Assembly: GCA_011391125.1 (NCBI GenBank)
Contig: JAABRE010000015.1
Location: forward strand, 3,700 to 67,699
Direction of reading: 5' to 3'
Length of the DNA stretch: 64,000 nt
From: Synechococcales cyanobacterium S06
GTDB taxonomy: Bacteria; Cyanobacteriota; Cyanobacteriia; Cyanobacteriales; JAABRE01
How positions within the stretch are numbered: the stretch's first letter is position 1; each line of letters opens with the position of its first letter. Of the stretch, positions 19,429 to 29,375 are shown one piece after another. A model generated the notes under the pieces. It searched no databases. It was not told the origin of the DNA and saw nothing but the letters and a program-made list of their open reading frames with translations. The translations under genes were made by a program, and so were the position numbers.

Positions 19429-20229
19429 ATGACCAATTTAGCCTCCAAACAACCGCAACCTAGTTGGTATGAGCCGATTTTTTCCCCGGAACATGGGGTT
19501 TATGTCATGCTATTGAGCTCTTTTCTCATTGGTGGAGCAGCCGCTCAACACTGGAATTTAAACACAACTTTAGCCCTGGTTGCTGCTTTCGCCGCTTTTC
19601 AAGCTGAACATCCTTTCATTTTGCAAATCAAACAACGTCGCCGTGTTAAACCCCGTTTGCTTTTTTGGGCAGGACTTTATGGTGCGATCGCCTTCGGTAT
19701 TGGTATTTATCTCTACTTAAGCACTCCCGTTTTAATTTGGCTTTATCTCGGTGCTGTTTCCGCTTTGATGGTGGATGCCATTGCTGTATTTTATCGACAA
19801 CAAAGGGCGATCGCTAATGAAATCTTGACATTTGGGGCAGTCTGTTTAGCAACCCCCTTGGCATACGGATCAACAACTGGCGCAATCACCCTGGGGGTAT
19901 TAGCCCTCTGGTTATTCAACACCCTATTTTTTGCCAGTGCGATTTTTCGGGTGAAATTAAGAAAACCAAAAACAAGTTCATGGGGACCAGGATTAATTTA
20001 CCATTTACTTGCCAGCTTAATCATTACAGGATTGTGGGCAACTAGCGGCTTAAGTACAACAACGGCGATCGCCTTTGGGGTAGCATTACTAACATTTGGC
20101 GTAATAAGCTGGCAACTAAAATGGTACAAAAGTACAGAAATCAAACATATTGCCTTAATCGAAACTTTAGTTGCACTGATTTTTTTAGGGATTACCGCAG
20201 TTTCCCTCTTACCAGTGCATCCTCTTTAA
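19429..20229 (+). CDS. YwiC-like polytopic membrane protein
   Basis: 266 aa and multi-TM. The N-terminal SPEHGVYVMLL matches the P-x-HGAW-x-ML signature I recall for YwiC-like proteins. Its stop overlaps the stop of the convergent gene (TTAA, 20226-20229). Confidence 0.55.
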   Translation: MTNLASKQPQPSWYEPIFSPEHGVYVMLLSSFLIGGAAAQHWNLNTTLALVAAFAAFQAEHPFILQIKQRRRVKPRLLFWAGLYGAIAFGIGIYLYLSTPVLIWLYLGAVSALMVDAIAVFYRQQRAIANEILTFGAVCLATPLAYGSTTGAITLGVLALWLFNTLFFASAIFRVKLRKPKTSSWGPGLIYHLLASLIITGLWATSGLSTTTAIAFGVALLTFGVISWQLKWYKSTEIKHIALIETLVALIFLGITAVSLLPVHPL

Positions 20230-20705
20230 CTCAACCCGCCAACCCGAATCCCTGCACCAACAATGACGAATAAAACCGCCAAAGTAGTAACACCGATAAT
20301 ATGGTAGGCGAGGGAATTTAAAGTTTCTTTGGTCAAATTGGGGATAATAAAAAAGCGAGCATGAATCGCCAAAGCAAGAGTAGCCAAAAGCAAACCCAAC
20401 TTAATGGCAATATAAACAGACAAAAAAGACTCAAATTGAAAGAAATTTTGCCACCCCGGAAAATAAATCCAAGTCAAAGAAAGACCAGTGATCACCTGTA
20501 ATAATAAACAAACAAGGCCAAAATTCTCAAAATTTTCCTCAAAATTGTGGATTAAATCAGGGTCACGATTTTTCAAGGCCTTGGGTAGAACTGTTACCGC
20601 AAGGACTAAATGACCACCAGTCCAAACCGTCGCGCCTAAAGTATGTAAAATGATCAAAATTTTAAACAGCATATAAAATCCGATTTTGAAAAAGCTGGTT
20701 ATCAA
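20226..20705 (-). CDS. small 4-TM membrane protein, CopD/HemJ-like
   Basis: The LHTLGATVWTGGHLVL motif in the first helix resembles the CopD-type family. It is the last gene of the co-directional nar array, 46 nt after narG. The true start may be the Met at 20672. Confidence 0.5.
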   Translation of the reverse strand: MITSFFKIGFYMLFKILIILHTLGATVWTGGHLVLAVTVLPKALKNRDPDLIHNFEENFENFGLVCLLLQVITGLSLTWIYFPGWQNFFQFESFLSVYIAIKLGLLLATLALAIHARFFIIPNLTKETLNSLAYHIIGVTTLAVLFVIVGAGIRVGGLS

Positions 20706-20706
20706 T

Positions 20707-20745
20707 GCTTTAGCACTATTTTAAGGCTAAAGCGCAACAACCAAC
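20707..20745. repeat. hairpin-plus-tag short repeat (GCTTTAGC...GCTAAAGC + GCAACAACCAAC)
   Basis: 8-bp inverted repeat (20707-20714 / 20726-20733) followed by the GCGCAAC[A/T]AC tag. Related copies lie at 2606-2632 (inverted), 5083-5117, 28739-28798 and 35121-35141. Confidence 0.7.
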
Positions 20746-20751
20746 AAAGCT

Positions 20752-23700
20752 TTAAAATTGAGGTTTACCCTCTAATTTGCGGACTAAGACAAAGGTATCA
20801 CGATTAACCCCCGTCGGTCCCCAATAATTGAAAGCGTAGGAAAATTGACCATAGCCGCCCATCATCAACACTGGTTTGAGTCGAATTCTGGTTAAACTAT
20901 TGTGCATTCCGCCACGTCGATTATTGCGTAAAGGAGATTTCGGAATACCCAAAGTGCGTTCCATCGCATGGTATAAAATACAGATACTGCGGGGAATGCG
21001 AGCACTGACAACAGCGCGGGTGACGACCACACCATGATCGTTATAGACTTCAACCCAATCATTATCCACAATGCCTAAATCCACAGCATCTTGATCATTC
21101 ATCCACAAAGGATCAATACCCCTAGACAAAGTTTGCATCCGCAAAGTATCGCCATAAGTTGAGTGAATGTGCCACTTGCCATGGGGAGTGAGATAATTCA
21201 TCACCAAAGATTTACCACCTTGATGACTTTCTAATAGATCGGTAGTAATCTGATAGTCAGGTTTGGGTTTATAGGTTGGTAAATTTTCCCCATAAGCGAT
21301 ATAACCTTCATGGTCTAAATAAAGGTGTTGACGGCCAGTTAAGGTGCGCCAAGGAACTAAATATTCCACATTCAAACAAAAAGCAGAATAAGCGCGACCA
21401 TTATTAGTTAAACCGCTCCAACAAGGTGTTGTTAATAAACGACGAGGTTGGGTCACTAAATCATTGAAATTATACCGAATTGCGCGGGTAGCTTCGGCCA
21501 ATTCAGTTAAAGGAAGACCGACCTTTTTTTCCTCCTCTTTAAAAGCACGATAGGCGATTTCCCCATTTGTTTCTGGAGCTAAATGTAAAACCACATTGGC
21601 CGCATCTTTAGCATCCATAAGAGAGGGATATTTCTGATTATTCCAAGTATAAGTTGGGTTATTTTCTACTAACTCTTGATAAAAATCTTCCACCGACCAA
21701 TTTAAACCGTGCATGCCGAGATTTTTGCCATTTTCACCAAAAGCGCAAAAACGATTATAAAGATTAGGATAATCTCTTTCTACTACGACAAAATTAGGCA
21801 TAGTTTTCCCCGGAATGGGATCACATTCTCCCTTACTCCAATCGAGAATATTTCTCTGAGCAATTTCCCCTGGAGTATCGTGTTGTAAAGGAACAGCGAC
21901 GACATCTCGTAATTTTTCTGGTAAATGTTTCTCGGATAATTCAGATACTTTTTTGGACAAAGTTTTGAAAATATCCCAATCACTTTTTGACTCCCAACAA
22001 GGAGGTACAGCAGCACTTAAAGGTTGGATATAGGAGTGCATATCGGTACTATTCAGATCATTTTTTTCGTACCAAGTTGCTGTGGGTAAAACAATGTCAG
22101 AATAGAGGGCAGAAGTATCCATGCGGAAGTTAATATCCACCACCAAATCTAATTTTCCGATGGGTGCATCTTCTCGCCATAAAACCTCATTAATGCCTTC
22201 TCCCGTACCTTCTTTAGCGATAATATTGTTGTGAGTTCCTAAATAGTTTTTCAGGAAATATTCGTGACCTTTTGCACTGGAAGCGAGCGCATTTCCCCGC
22301 CAAATTAAGAGAATTTTCGGTGAATTATTCGGAGCATCTGGGTCTTCGATCGCAAATTTCAAATCACCAGATTGCAAATTTTTCACAATCCAATCTTTAA
22401 TTTCCTGCTCCGTTTTTGCGCCATCAGCTTCCGCTTTTTTAACCACTTCTACGGGGTTATAATTAAAATGAGGGTGGAAAGGAAGCCAACCCATTCTAAC
22501 AGCTTTAACCGCTAAATCGATGGTATGAGTTGCTTTAAGATCGTCTCGATCTACCGTTTCCAATAATGTTTGTTCATATCGCCATTGGCCAGAATGAACA
22601 TAGTGAAAATTAGGGGTATTTTGTAATCTTGGCGGTTTTTGCCAATCCAACGCAAATGCAAGGGTGCTCCAAGAAGAATTCGGCGCTAGTTTTTCTTGAC
22701 CAACATAGTGGTTTAAACCGCCACCATTTTTCCCGACGCAACCACAGAGGATTAAACTGACAATGGGCGCTCGATACATCAAGTTATTGTGATACCAGTG
22801 ATTGATACCCGCACCAATAATGACGCTACATTTACCTTGTGTTGTTTCTGCGGTGTTGGCCCATTCCCGCGCCAATTGCAAGACGGTTTTTCTGTCAATA
22901 CCGGTGAATTTTTCCTGCCAAGCGGGCGTGTAGGCTCTATTTTCATCATCATAATTTTCGGGATATTCGCCCTCCAAACCACGTTTTACCCCAAATTGAG
23001 CCATTAAGAGGTCAAAAACCGTGGTAACAGCGATTTTTCCACTGCTGGTGTCCAAATATTTGATGGGTACACCCCTCTCAGAAACCCGCTCATTGTCGGC
23101 AAAATCCGTGAACCCAACTTGTAAATTTTCGTCAGCGTTGTCTAAAAAGCTTAACACAGGGTCAATGTCACTGTTGTCTAAGCCGTCTTTCATTTCTAAA
23201 TTCCATTGGCCTTTTTCCTCTTGCCAACGGAAACCGATTGTACCTTTCGGCATTTTGGGACTGTTGCTAGTTTTATCAAAAACCAGGAATTTCCAGTCAG
23301 CTTTTTCTACATCCTGATAAGATTGCAACTGACTCGCAGTTAACATTCGTCCGGGGTAGTATTTGCCCTCTTTTTCCTCTAATATTACCAAAAATGGCGA
23401 ATCACTGTATTTTTTGACGTAATTTTGGAAGTATTCGACTTGGCGATCGACATAATATTCCTGCAAAATCACATGGTTGATGGCCATCCACAATGCCCCA
23501 TCTTGACCAGCATTGACGGGAACCCACCAGTCGCCAAAGCGGGAAACTTGGCTAAAATCCGGGGATAAAACCACGAATTTTGAACCGTTATGCCTTGCTT
23601 CGGCGATGAAATGCACGTCAGGTGTGCGGGTCATGTTCAAGTTTGCCCCCATACAGACGATGTATTTGGAGTTGTACCAGTCGGCACTCTCAGCAACGTC

Positions 23701-24357
23701 CGTTTGTTCCCCCCAAACTTCGGGGGAAGCGTTAGGCAAGTCGCTGTACCAGTCATAAAAGCTGAGGTTTACTGCTCCCAATAGTTGCAAAAATCGTGAC
23801 CCAGCAGCATAACTCAACATGGACATGGCGGGAATGGGCGAAAAACCAATGATGCGATCGCCACCTTCTTTTTTGATGGTATGAATCAAGGAAGCGGAAA
23901 TAATCTCCAAAACTTCATCCCAATTACTGCGACGAAAACCACCTTTACCCCGCGCTTGTTGATATTCGCTACGTTTGGCTGGGTTATTCATTAAGGAAGT
24001 CCAAGCTTCGACGGGATCAGCATATTGTCGTTTAGCTTCCCGCCATAAATCGAGCAATTTTCCTCGAATATAGGGATATTTAACCCGTAACGGGCTATAA
24101 AGATACCATGAATAGGATATTCCCCGTTGACAACCCCTTGGCTCATAGGGCGGCAAACCCGCTTCTAAACAGGGATAATCGGTTTTTTGCATTTCCCAAG
24201 TGACAATGCCGTCCTTGACGTAAATTTCCCACGAACAGCCGCCGGTACAATTGACACCGTGGGTACTGCGGACTACTTTGTCATGTTGCCAACGATTGCG
24301 ATAAAATTCTTCCCATTGACGCAATTCGGGGTTTACGATATCTTTGATCCAACTCAT
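20752..24357 (-). CDS. narG: respiratory (membrane-bound type) nitrate reductase alpha subunit
   Basis: 1201 aa. The N-terminal FS0 motif is [11 protein letters not shown] (H-x3-C-x3-C), followed by EPRGCQRG. There is no twin-arginine leader. Length and conserved blocks are typical of NarG. Confidence 0.93.
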   Translation of the reverse strand: MSWIKDIVNPELRQWEEFYRNRWQHDKVVRSTHGVNCTGGCSWEIYVKDGIVTWEMQKTDYPCLEAGLPPYEPRGCQRGISYSWYLYSPLRVKYPYIRGKLLDLWREAKRQYADPVEAWTSLMNNPAKRSEYQQARGKGGFRRSNWDEVLEIISASLIHTIKKEGGDRIIGFSPIPAMSMLSYAAGSRFLQLLGAVNLSFYDWYSDLPNASPEVWGEQTDVAESADWYNSKYIVCMGANLNMTRTPDVHFIAEARHNGSKFVVLSPDFSQVSRFGDWWVPVNAGQDGALWMAINHVILQEYYVDRQVEYFQNYVKKYSDSPFLVILEEKEGKYYPGRMLTASQLQSYQDVEKADWKFLVFDKTSNSPKMPKGTIGFRWQEEKGQWNLEMKDGLDNSDIDPVLSFLDNADENLQVGFTDFADNERVSERGVPIKYLDTSSGKIAVTTVFDLLMAQFGVKRGLEGEYPENYDDENRAYTPAWQEKFTGIDRKTVLQLAREWANTAETTQGKCSVIIGAGINHWYHNNLMYRAPIVSLILCGCVGKNGGGLNHYVGQEKLAPNSSWSTLAFALDWQKPPRLQNTPNFHYVHSGQWRYEQTLLETVDRDDLKATHTIDLAVKAVRMGWLPFHPHFNYNPVEVVKKAEADGAKTEQEIKDWIVKNLQSGDLKFAIEDPDAPNNSPKILLIWRGNALASSAKGHEYFLKNYLGTHNNIIAKEGTGEGINEVLWREDAPIGKLDLVVDINFRMDTSALYSDIVLPTATWYEKNDLNSTDMHSYIQPLSAAVPPCWESKSDWDIFKTLSKKVSELSEKHLPEKLRDVVAVPLQHDTPGEIAQRNILDWSKGECDPIPGKTMPNFVVVERDYPNLYNRFCAFGENGKNLGMHGLNWSVEDFYQELVENNPTYTWNNQKYPSLMDAKDAANVVLHLAPETNGEIAYRAFKEEEKKVGLPLTELAEATRAIRYNFNDLVTQPRRLLTTPCWSGLTNNGRAYSAFCLNVEYLVPWRTLTGRQHLYLDHEGYIAYGENLPTYKPKPDYQITTDLLESHQGGKSLVMNYLTPHGKWHIHSTYGDTLRMQTLSRGIDPLWMNDQDAVDLGIVDNDWVEVYNDHGVVVTRAVVSARIPRSICILYHAMERTLGIPKSPLRNNRRGGMHNSLTRIRLKPVLMMGGYGQFSYAFNYWGPTGVNRDTFVLVRKLEGKPQF

Positions 24358-24477
24358 AATAATTACCTCTTGTTGTGTTCACTTTATTTGACTAATATTT
24401 TTCTGGTAAGATGGGCAAATTTCTTAACATTTATTAGGAGAATAATTGTCTTTGATAATTTACCCATTCTAGTTAAG

Positions 24478-25347
24478 TTAACTTATGTGATAAAGTTTTC
24501 TGACTTCTTCTAAAGAGGATAAATCAGGTAAACTATTCGCAATTTTTTCCAGTAATTCTAAATTTTTAATTTCGCTAATTGCTGGAAATAAAGTTAATCC
24601 ATTTTCTCCAAATTTTAAGCGTAATCCTAACTGGATTGCTAGTAAAAGTCCTTCGGCTTTACCTTCAATTTTGCCTTTTTCTTGTTCACGTTTGGCCATT
24701 TCTTGATACCAAGGAGATTGTTCTAAGATTGCCATATCCCACCTCATAATTTGTTGTACTAATGATGTTTTTAAGACAAAAGATGCGAAAAAAGCTAATA
24801 ATGTTTCTAATTCTTTTAAGTCTTCATCTTGACGTAATTCCGCTAAAGCTTTTCTAACTATTGTTTCTTCGTTTCCTCCTTTTAATATGGGAACAAAGGG
24901 TAATAAAGAGTTAATTTTGTCTCTAAAAACTAGGTTAACATCTACGGACCATAGATTAATAACTCGATAATCTTGATAGGCTTTTATTCCTAATTGATTC
25001 GATTCATAACAAGTCGGAATTACCGTATTATTACTAGGTTGTAAAATATTAACAACTAGGGGATAAACAAAACGTTTGTATTTTTCTTCTGCTAAAGCTG
25101 CGTAGGCTCTAATTCGACGGGGTATTTCTTCATCGTGTCTCAATTGTATTTCATTTAGCAACAAAAATTCGCCGGTTTCTGGAGAGGAAACTCTCATTAA
25201 GACATCCCCTTGACGACTTACCCATTGAAAATCAGAATTTATTATTTCTTGAGCTTTTAAATTGGGAATTTGTGTCACCCATTGTACCCAAGGATCAGGT
25301 GATAAACTGATTAATCTTTTGCTACCAATATCAGCGGTTTTTGCCAT
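24478..25347 (-). CDS. Rpn/YhgA-like PD-(D/E)XK putative transposase-nuclease with a DUF4351-like C-terminus
   Basis: 289 aa. The N-terminal MAKTADIGSKRLISLSPDPWVQWVTQ resembles the multi-copy cyanobacterial Rpn-family proteins. It sits between cytochrome c and narG on the same strand. Confidence 0.6.
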   Translation of the reverse strand: MAKTADIGSKRLISLSPDPWVQWVTQIPNLKAQEIINSDFQWVSRQGDVLMRVSSPETGEFLLLNEIQLRHDEEIPRRIRAYAALAEEKYKRFVYPLVVNILQPSNNTVIPTCYESNQLGIKAYQDYRVINLWSVDVNLVFRDKINSLLPFVPILKGGNEETIVRKALAELRQDEDLKELETLLAFFASFVLKTSLVQQIMRWDMAILEQSPWYQEMAKREQEKGKIEGKAEGLLLAIQLGLRLKFGENGLTLFPAISEIKNLELLEKIANSLPDLSSLEEVRKLYHIS

Positions 25348-25392
25348 ATTTAAGTCTCCTAACTTCCCTTAACTAAGAGAAAAATTAGATAA

Positions 25393-26364
25393 TTAATTTT
25401 CACCTTCCACCATTTTTTGACGTACTCCTGTGAAGCGATCAGCCCATGTCCAATTACTAACAATTAACAGGAATAAACAGCCTCCTAAAGCAATCAAAAC
25501 TAACTTAATTGTTGGGGTTAGGTTGGTTAACAAATTATCGGTTTTTACCGGTTCATTACTAACAGAATCCTGCTGTTTTAAGAAGGCTAAAAGTGCAGTT
25601 TGTTCGTCGTCGGTGAGGGGTTTATTTTGATAAATACCCTGCATACTTGGATAGGGCAAGGTTTTTAAAACACTACCTAATCCCATTTCACCATAACGAC
25701 CGAAAACATGGGTTAAATTTGGTCCTAATGTTCCTCCATTTAATGCGCCAATTCCGGCACTATGACAAGAATTGCAAGCTGGAGCTTTATTAGCAAAACG
25801 GGTTTTACCTAGAAATAAATCTTCCCCCTTTTTTTTTTGAGAATTATTAACCATAGCCACGTTATTTTGGTCAATTTCTGTTGTCTGATTGTCCAGATTA
25901 ACCTGATGGGAGTTATCAATTTGTTGGGCAATATTCTGGTCAGAATTGGCTAAAGCTTGGTCATTATTTCCGGCTAAATAATCGACAATTGCCTGACTTT
26001 GTTCTGTGGTTAAACCCATATTTGGCATCGGTACTCCGTTATATTTGGCCACAATTTCTTGAGCAATTGGATCACCATTTTCGATCATTTTATCCGGTGC
26101 AGCAATCCAGTTTACTAACCAATTTTTTTCCCGTCTTTCTGTGACTCCTTTTAAGTCCGGTGCAAATCCTTTTCCTGTACCATCTAAGGTGTGACAACCT
26201 GCGCAGTTTTGCTCGAATAAGACCTGTCCATTTTCGGCAGCTATTGCTGATGGTATGGGGGTCATTATTAATATTAGTAAACTAATTAGTCCCATTATTA
26301 GTAGTTTACGATTTCTCCCTTGAATTGATTTATTTTTTTTGATTACATTCAGCTTTGATAACAT
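25393..26364 (-). CDS. membrane-anchored dihaem c-type cytochrome
   Basis: Two CxxCH motifs (CAGCH, CNSCH), an N-terminal signal/anchor, a Q/N-rich linker and a C-terminal TM helix. Confidence 0.8.
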   Translation of the reverse strand: MLSKLNVIKKNKSIQGRNRKLLIMGLISLLILIMTPIPSAIAAENGQVLFEQNCAGCHTLDGTGKGFAPDLKGVTERREKNWLVNWIAAPDKMIENGDPIAQEIVAKYNGVPMPNMGLTTEQSQAIVDYLAGNNDQALANSDQNIAQQIDNSHQVNLDNQTTEIDQNNVAMVNNSQKKKGEDLFLGKTRFANKAPACNSCHSAGIGALNGGTLGPNLTHVFGRYGEMGLGSVLKTLPYPSMQGIYQNKPLTDDEQTALLAFLKQQDSVSNEPVKTDNLLTNLTPTIKLVLIALGGCLFLLIVSNWTWADRFTGVRQKMVEGEN

Positions 26365-26427
26365 TACTTTTTCTCCTTTTTTCCTGATTAAAAACTTTTT
26401 TTACCCTCCACAAGAGAGGAAAAAATA

Positions 26428-26766
26428 TTACGACTGAGGATTCTGGTTTTCTTTGTTGAGGACTTCATGAACCCAACTAAAAACAGCAACCGTTGAAGAC
26501 ATACCCAGTGTGCCGGGAGTTAAGGCGATGATTTGTTCGATTTCGGCGGCCGGAATCCCCATGGCCAAAGCTTTGCGGACTCCCGCCGAAATTGCTCCTT
26601 GTTTCATTGCTCCCATGGCGATCGCCAATTTGAGCAATCTTATGGTTTTCTCATCAAAACAGCCTTCTTGCCCAGCTTCGTTAATCAATTCCCAGGCTGT
26701 TTCTAACTTGGGATAACGTTCGACAAATTGTTGATAGGTTTTTGGTGGTTTTGGTAATTCGGTCAT
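26428..26766 (-). CDS. carboxymuconolactone decarboxylase (AhpD-like) family protein
   Basis: 112-aa all-helical small protein with a CMD-like pattern. Recognition by eye only. Confidence 0.6.
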   Translation of the reverse strand: MTELPKPPKTYQQFVERYPKLETAWELINEAGQEGCFDEKTIRLLKLAIAMGAMKQGAISAGVRKALAMGIPAAEIEQIIALTPGTLGMSSTVAVFSWVHEVLNKENQNPQS

Positions 26767-26796
26767 GGCTTTTTTTCAAAATAATTAGATATTGAC

Positions 26797-27987
26797 TTAA
26801 TTCGGATTCTGATTAGGTTTTACGGTGCGTAAAAGTGTCCAATTTAAGACTAACAAACACACTAAACCAAAGAGACTAAAAAGAATAAAAGAAGGAGTAT
26901 AATTGCCAAAATTCTTTTTAACAATTCCTAAGAGAATCGGTGGGAAAAAACCGCCGATTCCCCCTGCTGCTCCGACTAATCCCGTTACAGTTCCCGTATT
27001 TTGGGCAAAATATTGGGGAACTAATTTAAAGACTCCGCCATTTCCTAAACCTAATAAAATGGCACAAGCAAAGCAGCCTAAATTAAATAAAAGTAGGGAT
27101 GGTAAAGCTAATGTCCAACCGAGGATAAAAATGCCTCCAAAAATGAATAATAGTAGTTGTTCTCCACCTATGTGATCACTCAACCAACCGCCAAAGGGAC
27201 GACTTACTGTAGCAATAATGACGAATAAAGCTGTTAAACCTCCTCCTTGGGCGGGATTTAGTTGAAAAATATCGCTATAGAGGCTGGGGAGGGTGATACT
27301 CAAAGCAACAAAACCGCCGAATGTCAGACTATAAAAGAAACTCAGTATCCAAGAGACTTTTTCGGTTTTTAATACTTGCAGATTTTCTTCTAGTGTTCGT
27401 GGTTTGCCTTTTGTTTCAGCATTGCGCGCAAAGAGCCAGAAAACCACTCCCCAAATGAGAGAAATTAGACCAAATACCAGTAAAACTCCTGAAATTCCGA
27501 TGTATTTTGCTAACACTGGTCCGCCAAATACGGCGACGGATTGACCAATATTGCCCATGCCGTAAACTCCTAAAGCTGTTCCTTGAACTTCTGGGGGAAA
27601 CCACTTGGAGACAAAACCGACTCCGATGGCAAAGGATGACCCAGCCAACCCTAGTAAAAAGCCCCAAAAAAGCAGACTAGGATAGCTGTGATTGAGTGAT
27701 AAAGCCACAGTTGGCACGATTGAGAAGGCGAGCAGGAAGGAAAAAATCAGACGGCCACCATAGCGATCAGTTAAAATACCCATGGGGATACGGCCAACAG
27801 AGCCTAAAAGCACGGGAATCGCAATCATAAGGAATTTTTGCGAGTCAGAGAGAGCCAATTCCTTTTTTAAAATGGGTGCTAATCCGGCAATGCTTCCCCA
27901 ACAAGCAAAACCGACGGCAAAAGCAAGGGTTGCTAAGGCCAAATTACGATTTGCTTCTAAATTTTTTCCCTCATTACTGATAGTCAT
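26797..27987 (-). CDS. narK: MFS nitrate/nitrite transporter, NarK/NasA type
   Basis: 396 aa and about 12 TM segments. Gly-rich nitrate-signature-like blocks are present (GFVSKWFP, GAAGGIGGFFPP). The gene lies 11 nt after narI. Confidence 0.85.
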   Translation of the reverse strand: MTISNEGKNLEANRNLALATLAFAVGFACWGSIAGLAPILKKELALSDSQKFLMIAIPVLLGSVGRIPMGILTDRYGGRLIFSFLLAFSIVPTVALSLNHSYPSLLFWGFLLGLAGSSFAIGVGFVSKWFPPEVQGTALGVYGMGNIGQSVAVFGGPVLAKYIGISGVLLVFGLISLIWGVVFWLFARNAETKGKPRTLEENLQVLKTEKVSWILSFFYSLTFGGFVALSITLPSLYSDIFQLNPAQGGGLTALFVIIATVSRPFGGWLSDHIGGEQLLLFIFGGIFILGWTLALPSLLLFNLGCFACAILLGLGNGGVFKLVPQYFAQNTGTVTGLVGAAGGIGGFFPPILLGIVKKNFGNYTPSFILFSLFGLVCLLVLNWTLLRTVKPNQNPN

Positions 27988-27998
27988 AATTCCAATTG

Positions 27999-28700
27999 TT
28001 AACCTTTAATTTGAGAATTTGTTACCGCTCCCACTGACTGATTCCAAACCACAACTTGGGGCGATCTCCAGATATATTGAAGGGGTAAAGAGAGGAAGTG
28101 AACTAAACGAGAGAATGGCAATAAACTAACTAAGAAAAAGGCATCGATAATGTGAATTTTCACCATTAAAGGTAAATTTTCAACCAAGGAAATATTGGGA
28201 TTAAAGCTAAAAATTGACCATAAATAAGGAGCCGCTGCGGCTGCATACCATGATGAACCCCAACGATAGAAAATAGCTGTCCAAATTCCGGCGAATACCT
28301 GCACAAATAAAGCCAATAAAATAACCACATCCATGACAGAAGTTACCGCCCTAATTCTGGGTTGAACTGCCCTTCTGACCATTAACATTATTAAGCCAAA
28401 AATAGTTAAAAATGCTAAGGATAAACCAGTTCCTTCTAAGACATATAATCGCCAAGGAACGCCATTCCAAGCGAGGACAGATTGAGGAATTATTAACCCT
28501 AATAAATGCCCTCCTAATATTAGTATAATTCCATAATGCCATGGTACTGATCCCCAAAATAGTTGTTTATTTTCGAGGAATTGAGATGACAAACTAGAAT
28601 AGGAAAAACGCTTGACAAAATATCTAATTGGTGTCACCACTAAGGCAATAATTATTGTTACATAAGGGAAAACACTAAACATAAATTCATTGCTGGTCAT
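27999..28700 (-). CDS. narI: respiratory nitrate reductase gamma subunit (dihaem b, quinol-oxidising)
   Basis: 233 aa and five TM segments, with conserved His in helices II and V (WHYGIILILGH..., KIHII..., LVHFLSLP). Confidence 0.85.
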   Translation of the reverse strand: MTSNEFMFSVFPYVTIIIALVVTPIRYFVKRFSYSSLSSQFLENKQLFWGSVPWHYGIILILGGHLLGLIIPQSVLAWNGVPWRLYVLEGTGLSLAFLTIFGLIMLMVRRAVQPRIRAVTSVMDVVILLALFVQVFAGIWTAIFYRWGSSWYAAAAAPYLWSIFSFNPNISLVENLPLMVKIHIIDAFFLVSLLPFSRLVHFLSLPLQYIWRSPQVVVWNQSVGAVTNSQIKG

Positions 28701-28738
28701 AATTAATTCTCCTTTTATTATGGGAGTTTGTTGTCGAT

Positions 28739-28798
28739 GCTCTCGCCCTTTTTAAGGGCTAAAGTGCGATTACGGGGAGAGCGCTTTAGCGCAACTAC
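28739..28798. repeat. structured hairpin-plus-tag repeat in the narJ-narI intercistronic gap
   Basis: Outer stem GCTCTC (28739-28744) / GAGAGC (28777-28782), inner stem GCCCTT/AAGGGC, then GCGCTTTAGCGCAACTAC. Confidence 0.7.
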
Positions 28799-28802
28799 AA
28801 AC

Positions 28803-29336
28803 TTAACATTTGAGAGTTTCTTGGGGGATTTCCTGTTTAATTATTAACAATAATCCCTCTAATAATTGTCCATAATTATTAGAATCAGTAAAACCTTCTT
28901 TGATTTTTTCTAAAGTGGGAATTAAACCGTCTATGATTAATTCTTGACCTAAGATTTCTGAGGAATTTAAGGTTGCTAAAAATTCGAGGATAATTGTTAG
29001 ATGATCTGCTAATTCTTTGGAGTCTGAATTAAACCCAGTTTCCACATATTTTGCTTTTAATTTTACTAAGAATTCGCCTCTTTGATAGCCGTCGCCAAAT
29101 AGTTGATAACCGACATAGGGGTAACAAGTGGGATTTAGATCAAAGGTACTGGTATAAATTTCCTCTAGTCTATCTATTGAACTATTTTGATAAAAGTTAA
29201 CGAAGTCATTAATTAAGGGTTCAATTTCTGGATAATTTTCCTTAATTAATTCACTATTCTCCCCACTTTTTAACTTTACTTTTTCGGTGGGATAATTTAA
29301 CCAATCTGACATTATTTGATATACTTTTTGTTTCAT
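28803..29336 (-). CDS. narJ: nitrate reductase molybdenum-cofactor assembly chaperone
   Basis: 177-aa acidic helical protein between narH and narI. The position and size are those of NarJ/TorD-type chaperones. Confidence 0.8.
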   Translation of the reverse strand: MKQKVYQIMSDWLNYPTEKVKLKSGENSELIKENYPEIEPLINDFVNFYQNSSIDRLEEIYTSTFDLNPTCYPYVGYQLFGDGYQRGEFLVKLKAKYVETGFNSDSKELADHLTIILEFLATLNSSEILGQELIIDGLIPTLEKIKEGFTDSNNYGQLLEGLLLIIKQEIPQETLKC

Positions 29337-29375
29337 TTATTTAACCCCTTAATTTCTCTCTAAATTGTCTATTAT

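Noticed and set aside
21783-24513. Several 60-110-aa ORFs on either strand inside narG (for example 23021-23317, 23513-23758, 24187-24513). Similar ORFs lie inside narK, narH, narI and narB.
   Set aside because: They are fully nested in or antisense to strongly supported long CDSs. They have no motifs and low-complexity or odd composition, so they are treated as shadow ORFs.
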